DNA of 64,000 nt from an uncultured Chloroflexia bacterium (lineage in GTDB: Bacteria; Chloroflexota; Limnocylindria; Limnocylindrales; CSP1-4): NCBI GenBank assembly GCA_963767945.1, contig CAVYGH010000011.1, positions 23,679 to 87,678 on the forward strand, in the 5' to 3' direction. The translations under genes and the position numbers were made by a program. Position 1 is the first letter of the stretch, and every line of letters starts with the position of its first letter. Positions 40,270 through 49,453 of this stretch are shown piece by piece. The notes below the pieces were generated by a model that was given only the letters and a program-made list of their open reading frames with translations, searched no databases and was not told where the DNA came from.

Positions 40270-40992
40270 TCAGGGGTCGGCGCGAAAGGCCGCCAGGCAG
40301 GCCGCCGGCGAGCGCTCCGGGAGCGCGGTCCGGGCCGATCCGTTCGCCCACAGCGTCGCCCGCTCGTCGCCGGTCGCCTGCTCGGCCCACGCGATGACCA
40401 CGCCGAGCCGGAGCAGGCGATCGTAGAAGCCGCGGCTGCCGGTGAACCCGTGCCGGGTGAAGAAGGCCTCGTCCTTCGCGTCCGCCCGGGCCCGGAGCGC
40501 ACGAACCGCGGCCCCCGCGTCGAGCGCGCCGGCCGCCTCGCCGTCGAGCGCGACCACGAGCGCGTTGGGCACGGTCGGCGGCAGCTGGCGGAGCTTGGCC
40601 AGGATCGGCTCGCTGTAGTCGGACCGATCGGGCGTCCGGCGAAGCCGCGTGACCTCCAGGTTGAACGTCCGCGAGGAGCGGAACGTCACCGTGAAGTCCG
40701 GTCCCCCTCGCCCCGATCCGTAGGCCTCGAAGGCGAGGTCCATTCGGCGGTCGCCCAGCAGCAGGCGCGCGGCCAGGAGCTCGGCCCGCACGTCCAGGCG
40801 CGACTCCTCGTCGCTGGCGTGCCGGAGCTTCTTGTGGATCTTGTCGCGGTTCGCCGTCGCGAACGCGCGGAAGGGCGGCGAGCGATCCAGCCAGCCGGCC
40901 AGCTCGACCGCCAGCGGATCGTCCGACGCCGGCGCGACGAGGTCCCTCGCGAGCCGCTCGGTCGCGGCGCTCGGGGTCGATTCGGGAGACAC
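40270..40992 (-). CDS. Hypothetical protein
   Basis: ORF track 240 aa with good GC3 bias. No family was recognised. Confidence 0.45.
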   Translation of the reverse strand: MSPESTPSAATERLARDLVAPASDDPLAVELAGWLDRSPPFRAFATANRDKIHKKLRHASDEESRLDVRAELLAARLLLGDRRMDLAFEAYGSGRGGPDFTVTFRSSRTFNLEVTRLRRTPDRSDYSEPILAKLRQLPPTVPNALVVALDGEAAGALDAGAAVRALRARADAKDEAFFTRHGFTGSRGFYDRLLRLGVVIAWAEQATGDERATLWANGSARTALPERSPAACLAAFRADP

Positions 40993-41215
40993 CGTCCCAT
41001 GCTAGGCCCGGGCCGGCGATGCCGACCCGGCGCCCGTCCCGCTCCTGCGCGAGCAGGTCCTCGAACTCGTCCCAGCCGGTCGCCTGGGCGAAGTCGGGCG
41101 AGTGGCTCGCTTCGGGGCACAATACGGGATCGTCCGAGACGGAAGCGCGCCGTCTCGCGATCCGTCGATCGCGGTCGCCGCGGCGCGATCGTCCGACGTC
41201 GCGCCCGGGAGCCAG

Positions 41216-41788
41216 ATGCAGGCGTTCTTCCTCTCGTTCGGCGTGATCTTCCTCGCCGAGCTCGGCGACAAGAGCCAGCTCATGGCCATGACGTTCGCGT
41301 CCCGCTATCGCGCCCTGACCGTGCTCGTGGCCGTGAGCCTGGCCACGCTGCTGGTCCACGCCGGGTCGGTCATCGTCGGGTCGTTGTTCGCCCTCGCGCT
41401 GCCGACATCGCTGATCGAGATCGTCGCCGGCCTCGCCTTCTTCGCGTTCGCGGCGTGGACGATCCGCGGCGACGAGCTGGGCGAGGGCGACGAGGCCCGC
41501 GCGAAGCGATCCGGGCGCTGGGCGATCCTGACGATCGGGACGGCGTTCTTCCTCGCGGAGCTCGGCGACAAGACGATGCTCGCGACGATCACGCTGGCGA
41601 CCACCGAGGAACCGATCGGGACGTGGCTGGGCTCGACGGCCGGCATGGTCGCTGCGGACGCGCTGGCGATCGGGATCGGAGCCCTGCTCGGGACTCGCCT
41701 GCCCGAGCGTGCGGTCAAGGTCTTCGCCGCGATCGCGTTCGTCGTGTTCGGGGCGGTCCTGCTCGTGCAGGGGATCCGGGCCATGTAG
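41216..41788 (+). CDS. TMEM165/GDT1 (UPF0016) family cation (Mn2+/Ca2+) transporter
   Basis: ATG 41216 (GGGAG 4 nt upstream). It has two E-x-G-D-K-[ST] motifs: 'LAELGDKSQL' and 'LAELGDKTML'. Confidence 0.85.
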   Translation: MQAFFLSFGVIFLAELGDKSQLMAMTFASRYRALTVLVAVSLATLLVHAGSVIVGSLFALALPTSLIEIVAGLAFFAFAAWTIRGDELGEGDEARAKRSGRWAILTIGTAFFLAELGDKTMLATITLATTEEPIGTWLGSTAGMVAADALAIGIGALLGTRLPERAVKVFAAIAFVVFGAVLLVQGIRAM

Positions 41789-41820
41789 CCCCGCCTGCCA
41801 CACCGCCCTCAGCGGCGGTA

Positions 41821-42993
41821 CTACCCCAGCCGGTCGCGGCGGCGTGCCAGGGAGGCGGTCTCGGCGGTGTTGCCCGCGAGCGCGATGGCCCGGTCGTACG
41901 CCGCGCGTGACTCCTGGCTGCGGCCCAGCCGGCGCAGGAGGTCGGCGCGGGTCGCGTGGTAGGCGTGATAGCCGGCCAGCTGGGCGTCGAGCCGGTCGAC
42001 GGACGCCAGGGCCACCTGCGGTCCGTCAAGCTCGGCGACCGCGATGGCCCGGTTGAGGGCGACGATCGGCGAGGGGTCGAGGCGGACGAGCTGGTCGTAG
42101 AGGGCGATGACCTGCGACCAGTCGGTGTCGCCGACGCCGCGGGCGGAGGTGTGCACGGCGTTGATCGCCGCGAGCAGCTGGTAGCGGCCCGGAGCGACCC
42201 CGGCGGCCAGGCGCTCCCGGACCAGCCGGTGGCCCTCGGCGATCAACGCCGCATCCCACGCCCCACGGTCCTGGTCGTCGAGGGCGACCAGCTCGCCGGT
42301 CGACGACACCCGCGCCGGCCGACGGGCCTCGGTGAGCAGCATCAACGCCAGCAGCCCGGCCACCTCACCGTCCTCCGGCAAGAGGTCACGGATCAGGCGG
42401 GTGAGCCGGATCGCCTCCGCGGTCAGGTCAGGACGCACGGGGTCCGTGTCCGAACCGGTCGCCAGGTAGCCCTCGTTGAACACGAGGAAGAGGACCGCGA
42501 GGACGCCCGAGACGCGCGCCGGGAGATCCTCCGCGCCGGGCACCCGAAACGGGATGCGCGCCGCCTTGATCTTGGCCTTCGCGCGGGTGATCCGCTGCCC
42601 CATGGCGGCCTCCTGGACGAGGAAGGCGCGGGCGATCTCGGGCATGGTCAGGCCGCCGACCATGCGCAGCGTGAGGGCGATGCGCGCGTCCATCGCGAGC
42701 GCCGGGTGACAGCAGGTGAAGATCAGCCGGAGCCGCTCGTCATCGATGGGCCCCTGGGGCGCGGGAAGGCCGACGTCGGACAACAGCTGCGCCTCCTTGT
42801 GCTTGCCGTCGCGCTTGTGCTCGCGCCGGAGCCGGTCGATCGCCTTGCGGTTGGCCGTGGTGGTCAGCCAGGCGCCCGGGTTGGGCGGGACGCCGGCGAC
42901 CGGCCACCGTGCGACGGCGGTCGCGAACGCCTCGGCCGCGGCCTCCTCGGCGACGTCGAGGTCGCCGAAACGCCTCGCCAGCGCGGCGACCAC
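41821..42993 (-). CDS. RNA polymerase sigma factor with C-terminal TPR-like domain (COG4941-type ECF-like); N-terminus probably longer
   Basis: 'RRFGDLDVAEEAAAEAF', 'PPNPGAWLTTTANRKAIDRLRRE' and 'RLIFTCCHPAL' are present. The conserved 'ITRAHREEWARVVAAL' lies in-frame upstream of GTG 42993. The only candidate start there is CTG 43053, which overlaps the yciI stop. Confidence 0.8.
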   Translation of the reverse strand: MVAALARRFGDLDVAEEAAAEAFATAVARWPVAGVPPNPGAWLTTTANRKAIDRLRREHKRDGKHKEAQLLSDVGLPAPQGPIDDERLRLIFTCCHPALAMDARIALTLRMVGGLTMPEIARAFLVQEAAMGQRITRAKAKIKAARIPFRVPGAEDLPARVSGVLAVLFLVFNEGYLATGSDTDPVRPDLTAEAIRLTRLIRDLLPEDGEVAGLLALMLLTEARRPARVSSTGELVALDDQDRGAWDAALIAEGHRLVRERLAAGVAPGRYQLLAAINAVHTSARGVGDTDWSQVIALYDQLVRLDPSPIVALNRAIAVAELDGPQVALASVDRLDAQLAGYHAYHATRADLLRRLGRSQESRAAYDRAIALAGNTAETASLARRRDRLG

Positions 42994-43049
42994 GCGCGCC
43001 CACTCCTCGCGATGGGCCCGGGTGATCGCCTCCTTGACGTCGACTTCGC

Positions 43050-43379
43050 TCAGCCGAGCAGGAACGGCCGCACCTCGACCTTCCGATTGCAGGCCCTCGA
43101 CCCCTCGGCGGCGAGCCTGAGCGCCACGTCGAGGTCGGGGGCTTCGATGACCCAGAAGCCGGCGAGGTACTCCTTCGACTCCAGGAACGGCCCGTCGGTC
43201 AACACCGCCTCACCGGCCCGGTTGTCGATGACGGTGGCCGTGCTGGGGGCGCCGAGCCCGGCGGCGAAGACCCAGTGGCCCTCGGCCACGAGACGGTCGT
43301 TGAACACGTCGATGGCCGCCATCTCGTCCGGGGTGGCGAGGTCTGAGGTGTCGTGGATCACGGAGACGAAGTACTGCAT
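43050..43379 (-). CDS. YciI family protein
   Basis: ATG 43379. 'MQYFVSVIHD', 'GPFLESKEYLAGFWVIEAPDLDVAL' are present. This is the usual partner of COG4941 sigma factors. Confidence 0.85.
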   Translation of the reverse strand: MQYFVSVIHDTSDLATPDEMAAIDVFNDRLVAEGHWVFAAGLGAPSTATVIDNRAGEAVLTDGPFLESKEYLAGFWVIEAPDLDVALRLAAEGSRACNRKVEVRPFLLG

Positions 43380-43593
43380 CGCGGGTCTGCTCCATCGCTG
43401 GGGACGCCCAGGTGGGCGGCCGCTCACCCGTGCTACGAACAGGTCGGCCCCGATCCGACCGGGACCCGCCGACGACTCGTATTTCGTTCAGCCGCGGCGC
43501 ATCGAACACTGTTCCATGGAACGAATCGCGGCCATTTGCTCCCTCTTGAGGCATTGGCACCATTCCGGTGCGAGACGTCGAAGGGAGCCAGCC

Positions 43594-43995
43594 GTGGTGC
43601 GCATTCAGTTCCGGCATGTTGGCGCGATTTGCCTCGCAGCGGCGAGTCTGGCTGCGCCATCGTCAACGATTGCGGCAAATCCTGTGGCCACGCCGTTCTA
43701 CGAGCAGTTCATCGATACCAATCCCTGCACGGGCGAGGATCACACCATCACCGTGCGCGGAACGTTCTACGAGTTCGAGCGCGCGAACGGCCTGAGCTAT
43801 CGCATCGATCGTCTGGTGACAACGAGCTCTGGCTTCAGTGGCGGCGGCACGGAGGAAGGGATCCACGACCGCGTGTTCAAGGTGACCGATCTCCTGCGGA
43901 ATCCCTCGGGTGATGTGCTCCATGCGAGCGCCACGGTCGTCGCGGACCCTGGGGGTACGGTGCACGTCGAGAGATTCGAGCTGCGATGCCTGTAG
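43594..43995 (+). CDS. Hypothetical secreted protein
   Basis: GTG 43594 with AAGGGAG 6 nt upstream. It has a signal-peptide-like 'VGAICLAAASLAAPSSTIAA'. The region is lower in GC than its flanks. Confidence 0.5.
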   Translation: MVRIQFRHVGAICLAAASLAAPSSTIAANPVATPFYEQFIDTNPCTGEDHTITVRGTFYEFERANGLSYRIDRLVTTSSGFSGGGTEEGIHDRVFKVTDLLRNPSGDVLHASATVVADPGGTVHVERFELRCL

Positions 43996-44022
43996 TCGAC
44001 CGAGCGGGCTCGTGAGCTGAGG

Positions 44023-44481
44023 TTGTCCGTGGACCAGCGATCCCTCGTGGAGCGGGCCCAGCGAGGAGAGCACGACGCCTTCGCGGTCCTCGCGACGGCC
44101 GCTGCACCGCGGCTCGATCGCGTGGCCCGCCTCATCGTCCGCGATCCGGACCTCGCCCAGGACGCCGTTCAGGAATCACTGATCAGCGCCTGGCGGGACC
44201 TGCGCGCGCTCCGCGACCCGGACCGTTTCGACGCGTGGCTCCAGCGGCTGACGGTTCGGGCCTGCGTGTCGATCGCGAAACGACAACGACGTCGAGCCGT
44301 CGAGGTCGAGCTGGGGACGCTGGATCCGCCGGCCGATGGGGACGTGGCGACGATGGTGGCCGAACGTGACCTCCTCGATGCGGCGCTCCGACGGCTCGAT
44401 CCCGAACGCCGGACCTTGCTGGTGATGCACCTCTACTTGGGCGTCCCCTTGCCCGAGGTTGCCAGTGTGCTCGGCAGATAG
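44023..44481 (+). CDS. ECF-type sigma-70 family factor, apparently 3'-truncated (region 4.2 helix missing)
   Basis: Region 2 is 'DAFAVLA...DLAQDAVQESLISAWRDL'. Region 4 starts at 'LDPERRTLLVMHLYLGVPLPEVASVLG' and then hits TAG. The expected 'GTVKSRL'-type helix is absent. Confidence 0.6.
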   Translation: MSVDQRSLVERAQRGEHDAFAVLATAAAPRLDRVARLIVRDPDLAQDAVQESLISAWRDLRALRDPDRFDAWLQRLTVRACVSIAKRQRRRAVEVELGTLDPPADGDVATMVAERDLLDAALRRLDPERRTLLVMHLYLGVPLPEVASVLGR

Positions 44482-44588
44482 CGAGGGTCTAACTACGCTC
44501 CGGTCGAGGCCCGTCTTGTCGGGAACCAGCTGTTACTACGCAGATCGATGACGCAACAGCCTCGATTGTGTGCGAGATACCCTGACGC

Positions 44589-47490
44589 GTGGCCCGCATC
44601 CTCCCCGATACCAAGTTCTACATTCCCCGTCCACGCGAGTCCTTGGTACGGCGGCCCCGGCTGTCGGAGCGATTGAGGCAAGCGACGCGTGCCAAGGTGA
44701 CGCTCATCTCCGCCCCGCCAGGCTTCGGCAAGACCACCTTGCTGGCCGACTGGCTAGCGGCCTCCGCCTCGGACGACATGATCCCTGTATGGGTGTCCCT
44801 CGAGGCGACTGACAACGAGTCCGTCGCCTTCTGGTTCGGTGTGGCTACAGCGTTTCACCGAGCGGTGCCCACCGCGGGACAGACAGTCCTGATGGTGGAA
44901 GGGCCCCAACCACCGCCCATCGAGACGGTCGTGACGAACCTCGCTAACGAGCTTGGCTCGGTCGGATCCGACGTCTTCTTGGTGCTTGATGACTTCCATG
45001 TGATCGATGCCACCGACATCCAAGACCAGGTGTCGTTCCTGCTGGAGCACTTGCCGCCATCGGCGCACGTCGTGATCGCAACCCGCGCCGATCCACCGTT
45101 TCCGCTGGCACGTCTGAGGGCGCAAGGGCAACTCGTGGAAGTACGAGCCGCGGATCTGCGCTTCACGCGTGAGGAGGCCGCTGCGTATCTCAATCAGACC
45201 GCCGGCCTGGACCTCGCAGCGAGCCAGATCACGGCGCTGGAAGAGCGGACTGAGGGTTGGATCGCCGCGCTCCAGCTGGCCGCCCTGTCCATGCAGGGGC
45301 GGGACGATGTCGACGGCTTCATCGCTGGTTTCACCGGCGACGATCGCTTCGTCGTCGACTACCTCGTCGAGGAGGTCCTGGATCGCCAATCCGACGACGT
45401 GCGCCGGTTCCTCCTTTGGACCTGCATCCTGGATCGGCTGACGGGGGCTCTGTGCGATGCCGTCACAGGAGAGGATGGCGGTCAAAGGACCCTCGAGGAT
45501 CTCGATCGCCGGAACCTCTTCGTGATCCCGCTCGACGCGCGCCGCGAGTGGTACCGATACCACCACCTGTTCGCGGATGTCCTCCGGGCGCGCCTGTTGC
45601 GCGAGGAGCCGGACCGCGTCCCGGACCTCCATCGGCGCGCGAGCATCTGGTACGAGCAGCGGGGAGAGCGGTTTGAGGCCATTCGCCACGCACTCGACGG
45701 GGAAGACTACGAGCGGGCCGCCGACATGATCGAGCCGGCGATCCCGGGCCTCCGACAGGCGCGCCAGGAAGCCACGATGCGGCGTTGGTTCGAGCAGCTT
45801 CCCGATCAGGTGTTTCAGGTTCGGCCGGTCCTGAGCGTCGGGTATGTCGGAACACTCATGGCAACCGGCGAGTCTGCGGATGTCGAGGTGCTTCTGCGTG
45901 GGGCGGAGCGATGGCTGCAACCAGCGTCCGACGACCGGCAGGGACGGCAGGCCTCGCCCGCGGCGATGGTCGTGGTTGACGAAGCCGAGTTCCGGCGGTT
46001 GCCCAGCGCCGTTGCCCTGTATCGAGCCGCCCAGGCACAGATGAACGGCGACCGCGAGCGGACGGAGGCATTCGCCCATGCGGGCGTTCGATCTCGCCGG
46101 CGAAGACGACCCACTCGGGCGCGGTGCGGCGGCGGGGTTCCTTGCCCTGGCGCACTGGGGAGGTGGCGATCTCGAGGCCGCCCATGGCTTCTGGGCCGAG
46201 GCCATGGCGTGCCTGCAACGCGCGGGCCACGCCGTCGATGCGATCGGTTGCAACCGACCACTGGCGGAGATCCGTATCGCCCAGGGGCGTCTGCACGAGG
46301 CGATGACGAGCTACGAACAAGGCTTGCGGATGGCGACGGACGGCACGACAACCGTCCTGCGCGGCGCGAGTGACATGCACGTGGGGTTGGCAGAGCTGTG
46401 CCTGGAGTGGAACGACCTCGATGCTGCCGCCGATCACCTTCGGCTGAGCGATGACCTTGGAGACCTCGGTGGCTTGGCCCAGAACCCCTACCGATGGCGC
46501 GTCGCCATGGCACAGCTCCGCCTGACTGAGGGCGATGCCGATGGCGCCCTCGCCTTGCTGGAGGACGCTGAGCGTGTCTTCGTCAGCGAGTACTACCCCG
46601 TCACCCGGCCCCTTCCCGCGCAAGCAGCGCGGATCCATGCCGCGCAGAGGCCGTCTGCGCGAGGCCGGAGCCTGGGTCCGCGAGCGCGGACTGTCGGTCG
46701 ATGACGACCTGAGCTACGTCGGCGAGTACGAGCACATCACGCTCGCCAGGGTGCTCATGGCCCAGGGCACCAGGACCCATGACCCGCGCCGGATCCAAGA
46801 AGCGGTCGCGCTCCTCGAGCGTCTGCTGGTCGCCGCCGAAACGGGCGGGCGGTGGCGCAGCGTCATCGAGATCCTCGTGCTGCAAGCCCTCGCCCAGAAT
46901 GATCGCGGTCGCGGGGCTGCGGGACTCGATCCGCTCGGTCGCGCGCTGACGTTGGCAGAGCCGGAGGGCTACATCCGAACATTCGTGGCCGAGGGCACCC
47001 CGATGGCCGACATGCTCGGAGCGGCGGCGAGGCGTGGCATCACGCCGGAGTACGTTCGACGGCTGCTCGACGCATTCGGACGCGGCGACCGGCCGTTCGG
47101 TCGATCAGCCAGAGCCTGGTGGAGCCGCTCAGCGAACGGGAGCTTGATGTCCTGCGGCTTCTCGCGTCCGACCTTGATGGCCCCGGTATCGCCGACGAGC
47201 TGGTCGTGGGGCTGAGCACCGTCCGGACCCACACCAAGAGCATCTACGCCAAGCTCGGTGTGAACAGCCGCCGAGCGGCGGTTCGGCGCGGCGAAGAACT
47301 CGGCCTCCTGTCGCGTCAGGCGGCGACCGCTAACAATCCCCACCGCACTCCCCACAGCTGGGGATGCGCCGTCCCCACCTTCCCGTCCACCTTGGTCTCC
47401 TCGGCCGTCGCAGATGCCGACATCGCCGAGACGTGGACAGGGAAGGAGCCAGATGGACGAGCGCCGCGGATCGCACGACGACCGCCATGA
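44589..47490 (+). pseudogene. LAL/MalT-type large ATP-binding LuxR-family regulator, disrupted by three frameshifts
   Basis: Four consecutive ORFs in frames 0/1/2/1 (44589.., 46078.., 46535.., 47119..) together reconstruct one protein. It has Walker A 'SAPPGFGKTTLL', 'LDDFHVI', 'EGWIAALQLAALS', TPR-like repeats and a LuxR HTH 'LSERELDVLRLL...STVRTHTKSIYAKLGV'. Confidence 0.8.
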
Positions 47491-47758
47491 GGCGAGGCGT
47501 TACGAGATCCGCCTGAAGGGACGCCTCGACGGCAGCTGGGCCGAGTGGCTCGGCGGGATGTCCCTGACTCACGCGAGCGACGGCACGACCGTGCTCGTCG
47601 GACCGGTCGTCGACCAGGCGGCCCTGCATGGCCTGCTCCAGAAGCTGCGCGACCTTGGCATAACCCTGATCTCGGTCAACGAAGACGGGATCGACCCGCC
47701 CATCGTGCGCGACGACCCGAGCGAGCTACTGAATCCAACGACAAGGAGATCGACATGA
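47453..47758 (+). CDS. Small conserved hypothetical protein
   Basis: ATG 47453 with GGAAGGAG upstream. 'YEIRLKGRLD..WAEWLGGMSLT..DGTTVLVGPVVDQAALHGLLQKLRDLGITLISV' is present. It is coupled (ATGA) to the DUF4386 gene. Confidence 0.6.
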   Translation: MDERRGSHDDRHEARRYEIRLKGRLDGSWAEWLGGMSLTHASDGTTVLVGPVVDQAALHGLLQKLRDLGITLISVNEDGIDPPIVRDDPSELLNPTTRRST

Positions 47759-48558
47759 CCGACACCGCACGCATGACTGGAACGAATGGAGTCAGAACGG
47801 ACGCGTGGAGGAAGCTCGCCCTTGCCGGGGGCGTGCTGTACCTGATGACGTTCATCTTCTCGATTCCGGCCGTCTTCCTGTATGGCCCCGTGCTCAGCGA
47901 TCCGGCCTACATCCTCAGTGCCGGTGCCGACTCCCAGGTGCTGTTGGGCGCGCTCTTCGACCTCATCACCGCCCTGGCCTGCATCGGGACCGCCGTCGCG
48001 CTCTATCCGGTGATCAAGCGGCAGAGCGAAGCAGCCTCGATCGGCTTCGTCGCCACCAGGATCTTCGAGGGGGCCGTCATCGTCATCGGCGTCGTGTGCC
48101 TCATGGCCGTCGTGTGGTTGCGCCAGGCCGGGGCGGCAGCCGGGACCGACGCGTCCGCGTTGGTCGCCGTGGGCCAGGGCCTCGTCGCGGTCCGAGACGT
48201 GACCTTCCTGGTCGGCCCCGGCGTCATGCCCGGCTTGAACGCGCTGCTGCTCGGCTACGTGCTCTACCGGTCGCGCCTCGTGCCGCGGGCGATTCCCGCC
48301 ATGGGCCTCATCGGTGCTCCCGTGTTCCTCGCCTCCGCGACCCTGTCCATCCTTGGCCTGCAAGAGCAGGTTTCGGTGTTGCCGCTGATCGCGCTGCCTC
48401 TGATCTTCGTGTGGGAGCTGTCGCTCGGCCTGTGGCTGACCTTCAAGGGCTTCAGGCCTGCTGCCGTGGCCGCGCTCGCTGCTGACACCCGCGAGATGGA
48501 CGCATCCTCGTCGACCACCGCGTCACCGTTCGCGACGACGACGGCAGGTGCCGCATGA
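47755..48558 (+). CDS. DUF4386 family membrane protein
   Basis: ATG 47755 with AAGGAG 6 nt upstream. The multi-TM protein has 'AGGVLYLMTFIFSIPAV', 'VLYRSRLVPRAI' and 'VWELSLGLWL'. Confidence 0.7.
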   Translation: MTDTARMTGTNGVRTDAWRKLALAGGVLYLMTFIFSIPAVFLYGPVLSDPAYILSAGADSQVLLGALFDLITALACIGTAVALYPVIKRQSEAASIGFVATRIFEGAVIVIGVVCLMAVVWLRQAGAAAGTDASALVAVGQGLVAVRDVTFLVGPGVMPGLNALLLGYVLYRSRLVPRAIPAMGLIGAPVFLASATLSILGLQEQVSVLPLIALPLIFVWELSLGLWLTFKGFRPAAVAALAADTREMDASSSTTASPFATTTAGAA

Positions 48559-49037
48559 CCGCCGAGCGGGAGCGGACGGCAACGCTCCCTCCCCGCCCGG
48601 TCGTTCGGACGGCATGGGTGCTGCACCGCGCCCTCTATCGGCTCAGTGGGGGGCGGATCGGCCTCCGGCCACCTGAGGCTGGCAACAAGTTCGGGATGAT
48701 GCGACTCCGGACCGTTGGGCGACGGTCCGGCGAGCCGCGGGTCGCGATCGTCGGCTACCTCGAGGACGGACCGAACCTGGTCACCCTGGCCATGAATGGC
48801 TGGGCGGAGGCGGAGCCGGCATGGTGGCTGAACCTCCAGGCGCAGCCGGACACGACGGTCGAGCTGAAGGACGGTCTTCGTGCGGTCCGCGGTCGCGCCG
48901 CGGATGGCGAGGAACGTGATCGGCTCTGGGCGCGCTGGCGTGAGTTCAGCGACGACTACGACGACTGGGCGGCGCTGCGCTCCGGACCCACGGCCGTCGT
49001 CGTGCTCGAGCCACGTGCGGTCGAGGCGGGCGGGTAG
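48555..49037 (+). CDS. Deazaflavin (F420)-dependent nitroreductase family protein (DUF385/Ddn-like)
   Basis: 'LTTVGRRSG'-like 'LRTVGRRSGEPR', 'GWAEAEPAWWLNLQAQP' and 'ERDRLWARW' are present. Confidence 0.8.
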   Translation: MTAERERTATLPPRPVVRTAWVLHRALYRLSGGRIGLRPPEAGNKFGMMRLRTVGRRSGEPRVAIVGYLEDGPNLVTLAMNGWAEAEPAWWLNLQAQPDTTVELKDGLRAVRGRAADGEERDRLWARWREFSDDYDDWAALRSGPTAVVVLEPRAVEAGG

Positions 49038-49093
49038 CGTTCATCGACCATGCCTCAGGCTCCGGCGGCGAACTTCGTCGCGGCTGCCGGGCC

Positions 49094-49354
49094 TCAACTA
49101 GCGTTTTCCACATACAGCTGCATCGTGTCCCGGATCGAGGCCGACTCGATCCCGCGGGCGCGTCCAAGAGCACTGCAGACGTGTTCGGGGAGCCAACCAG
49201 CGTGTTCGAGATGAGCCGTGCGAAGCTCGATGAGGAATGGATCACCGCTGGCGAGGAATGCGATACACCGTTCGGTGCTGTCTCGTATGAACGGCGCGTT
49301 GCGTGAACACCGACGCTCTGGAGACCCCATGAAGGGGGTCTCCATGCTGGTCAT
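49094..49354 (-). pseudogene. Possible degenerate C-terminal fragment of a tyrosine recombinase/integrase
   Basis: This is a low-GC ORF next to the tmRNA 3' end. 'ELRTAHLEHAG....ALGRA.......TMQLYV' loosely follows the integrase 'DLRHT..THL.eAG....LLGHa....T..Y.h' pattern. The match is weak. Confidence 0.3.
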
Positions 49355-49408
49355 CTGACCGCGTCGAGCCTCACGTTTCTCCTCGGGCGACGATCTTCAA
49401 GAACGTGT

Positions 49409-49453
49409 GGACTGAACAGTTGGCCGTTGTCGGAAGGACTGAACAACTGGCCG
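49409..49453. repeat. Two 18-nt direct repeats GGACTGAACA(GT/AC)TGGCCG, 27-nt period
   Basis: Copies at 49409-49426 and 49436-49453 (16/18 identical). They lie between the integrase-like remnant and the tmRNA 3' end. Confidence 0.7.

Noticed and set aside
40270-40992. PD-(D/E)xK nuclease-like motif ('PDFTVTF...NLEVTRL') in the hypothetical protein
   Set aside because: The Lys of the (D/E)xK triad is absent and the resemblance is too weak to call without profile searches.
40993-41215. Possible yybP-ykoY (Mn2+) riboswitch upstream of the GDT1/UPF0016 transporter
   Set aside because: I could not find the conserved yybP-ykoY sequence blocks by eye. A covariance-model search would be needed, so no claim is made.
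43400-44600. Distal att repeat of the tmRNA 3' end marking the far border of the island
   Set aside because: I searched by eye for 'GAGTCGAACTCC' and 'GGTGGAGATG' words and did not find them. The island boundary at about 43.4 kb therefore rests only on composition and gene content.
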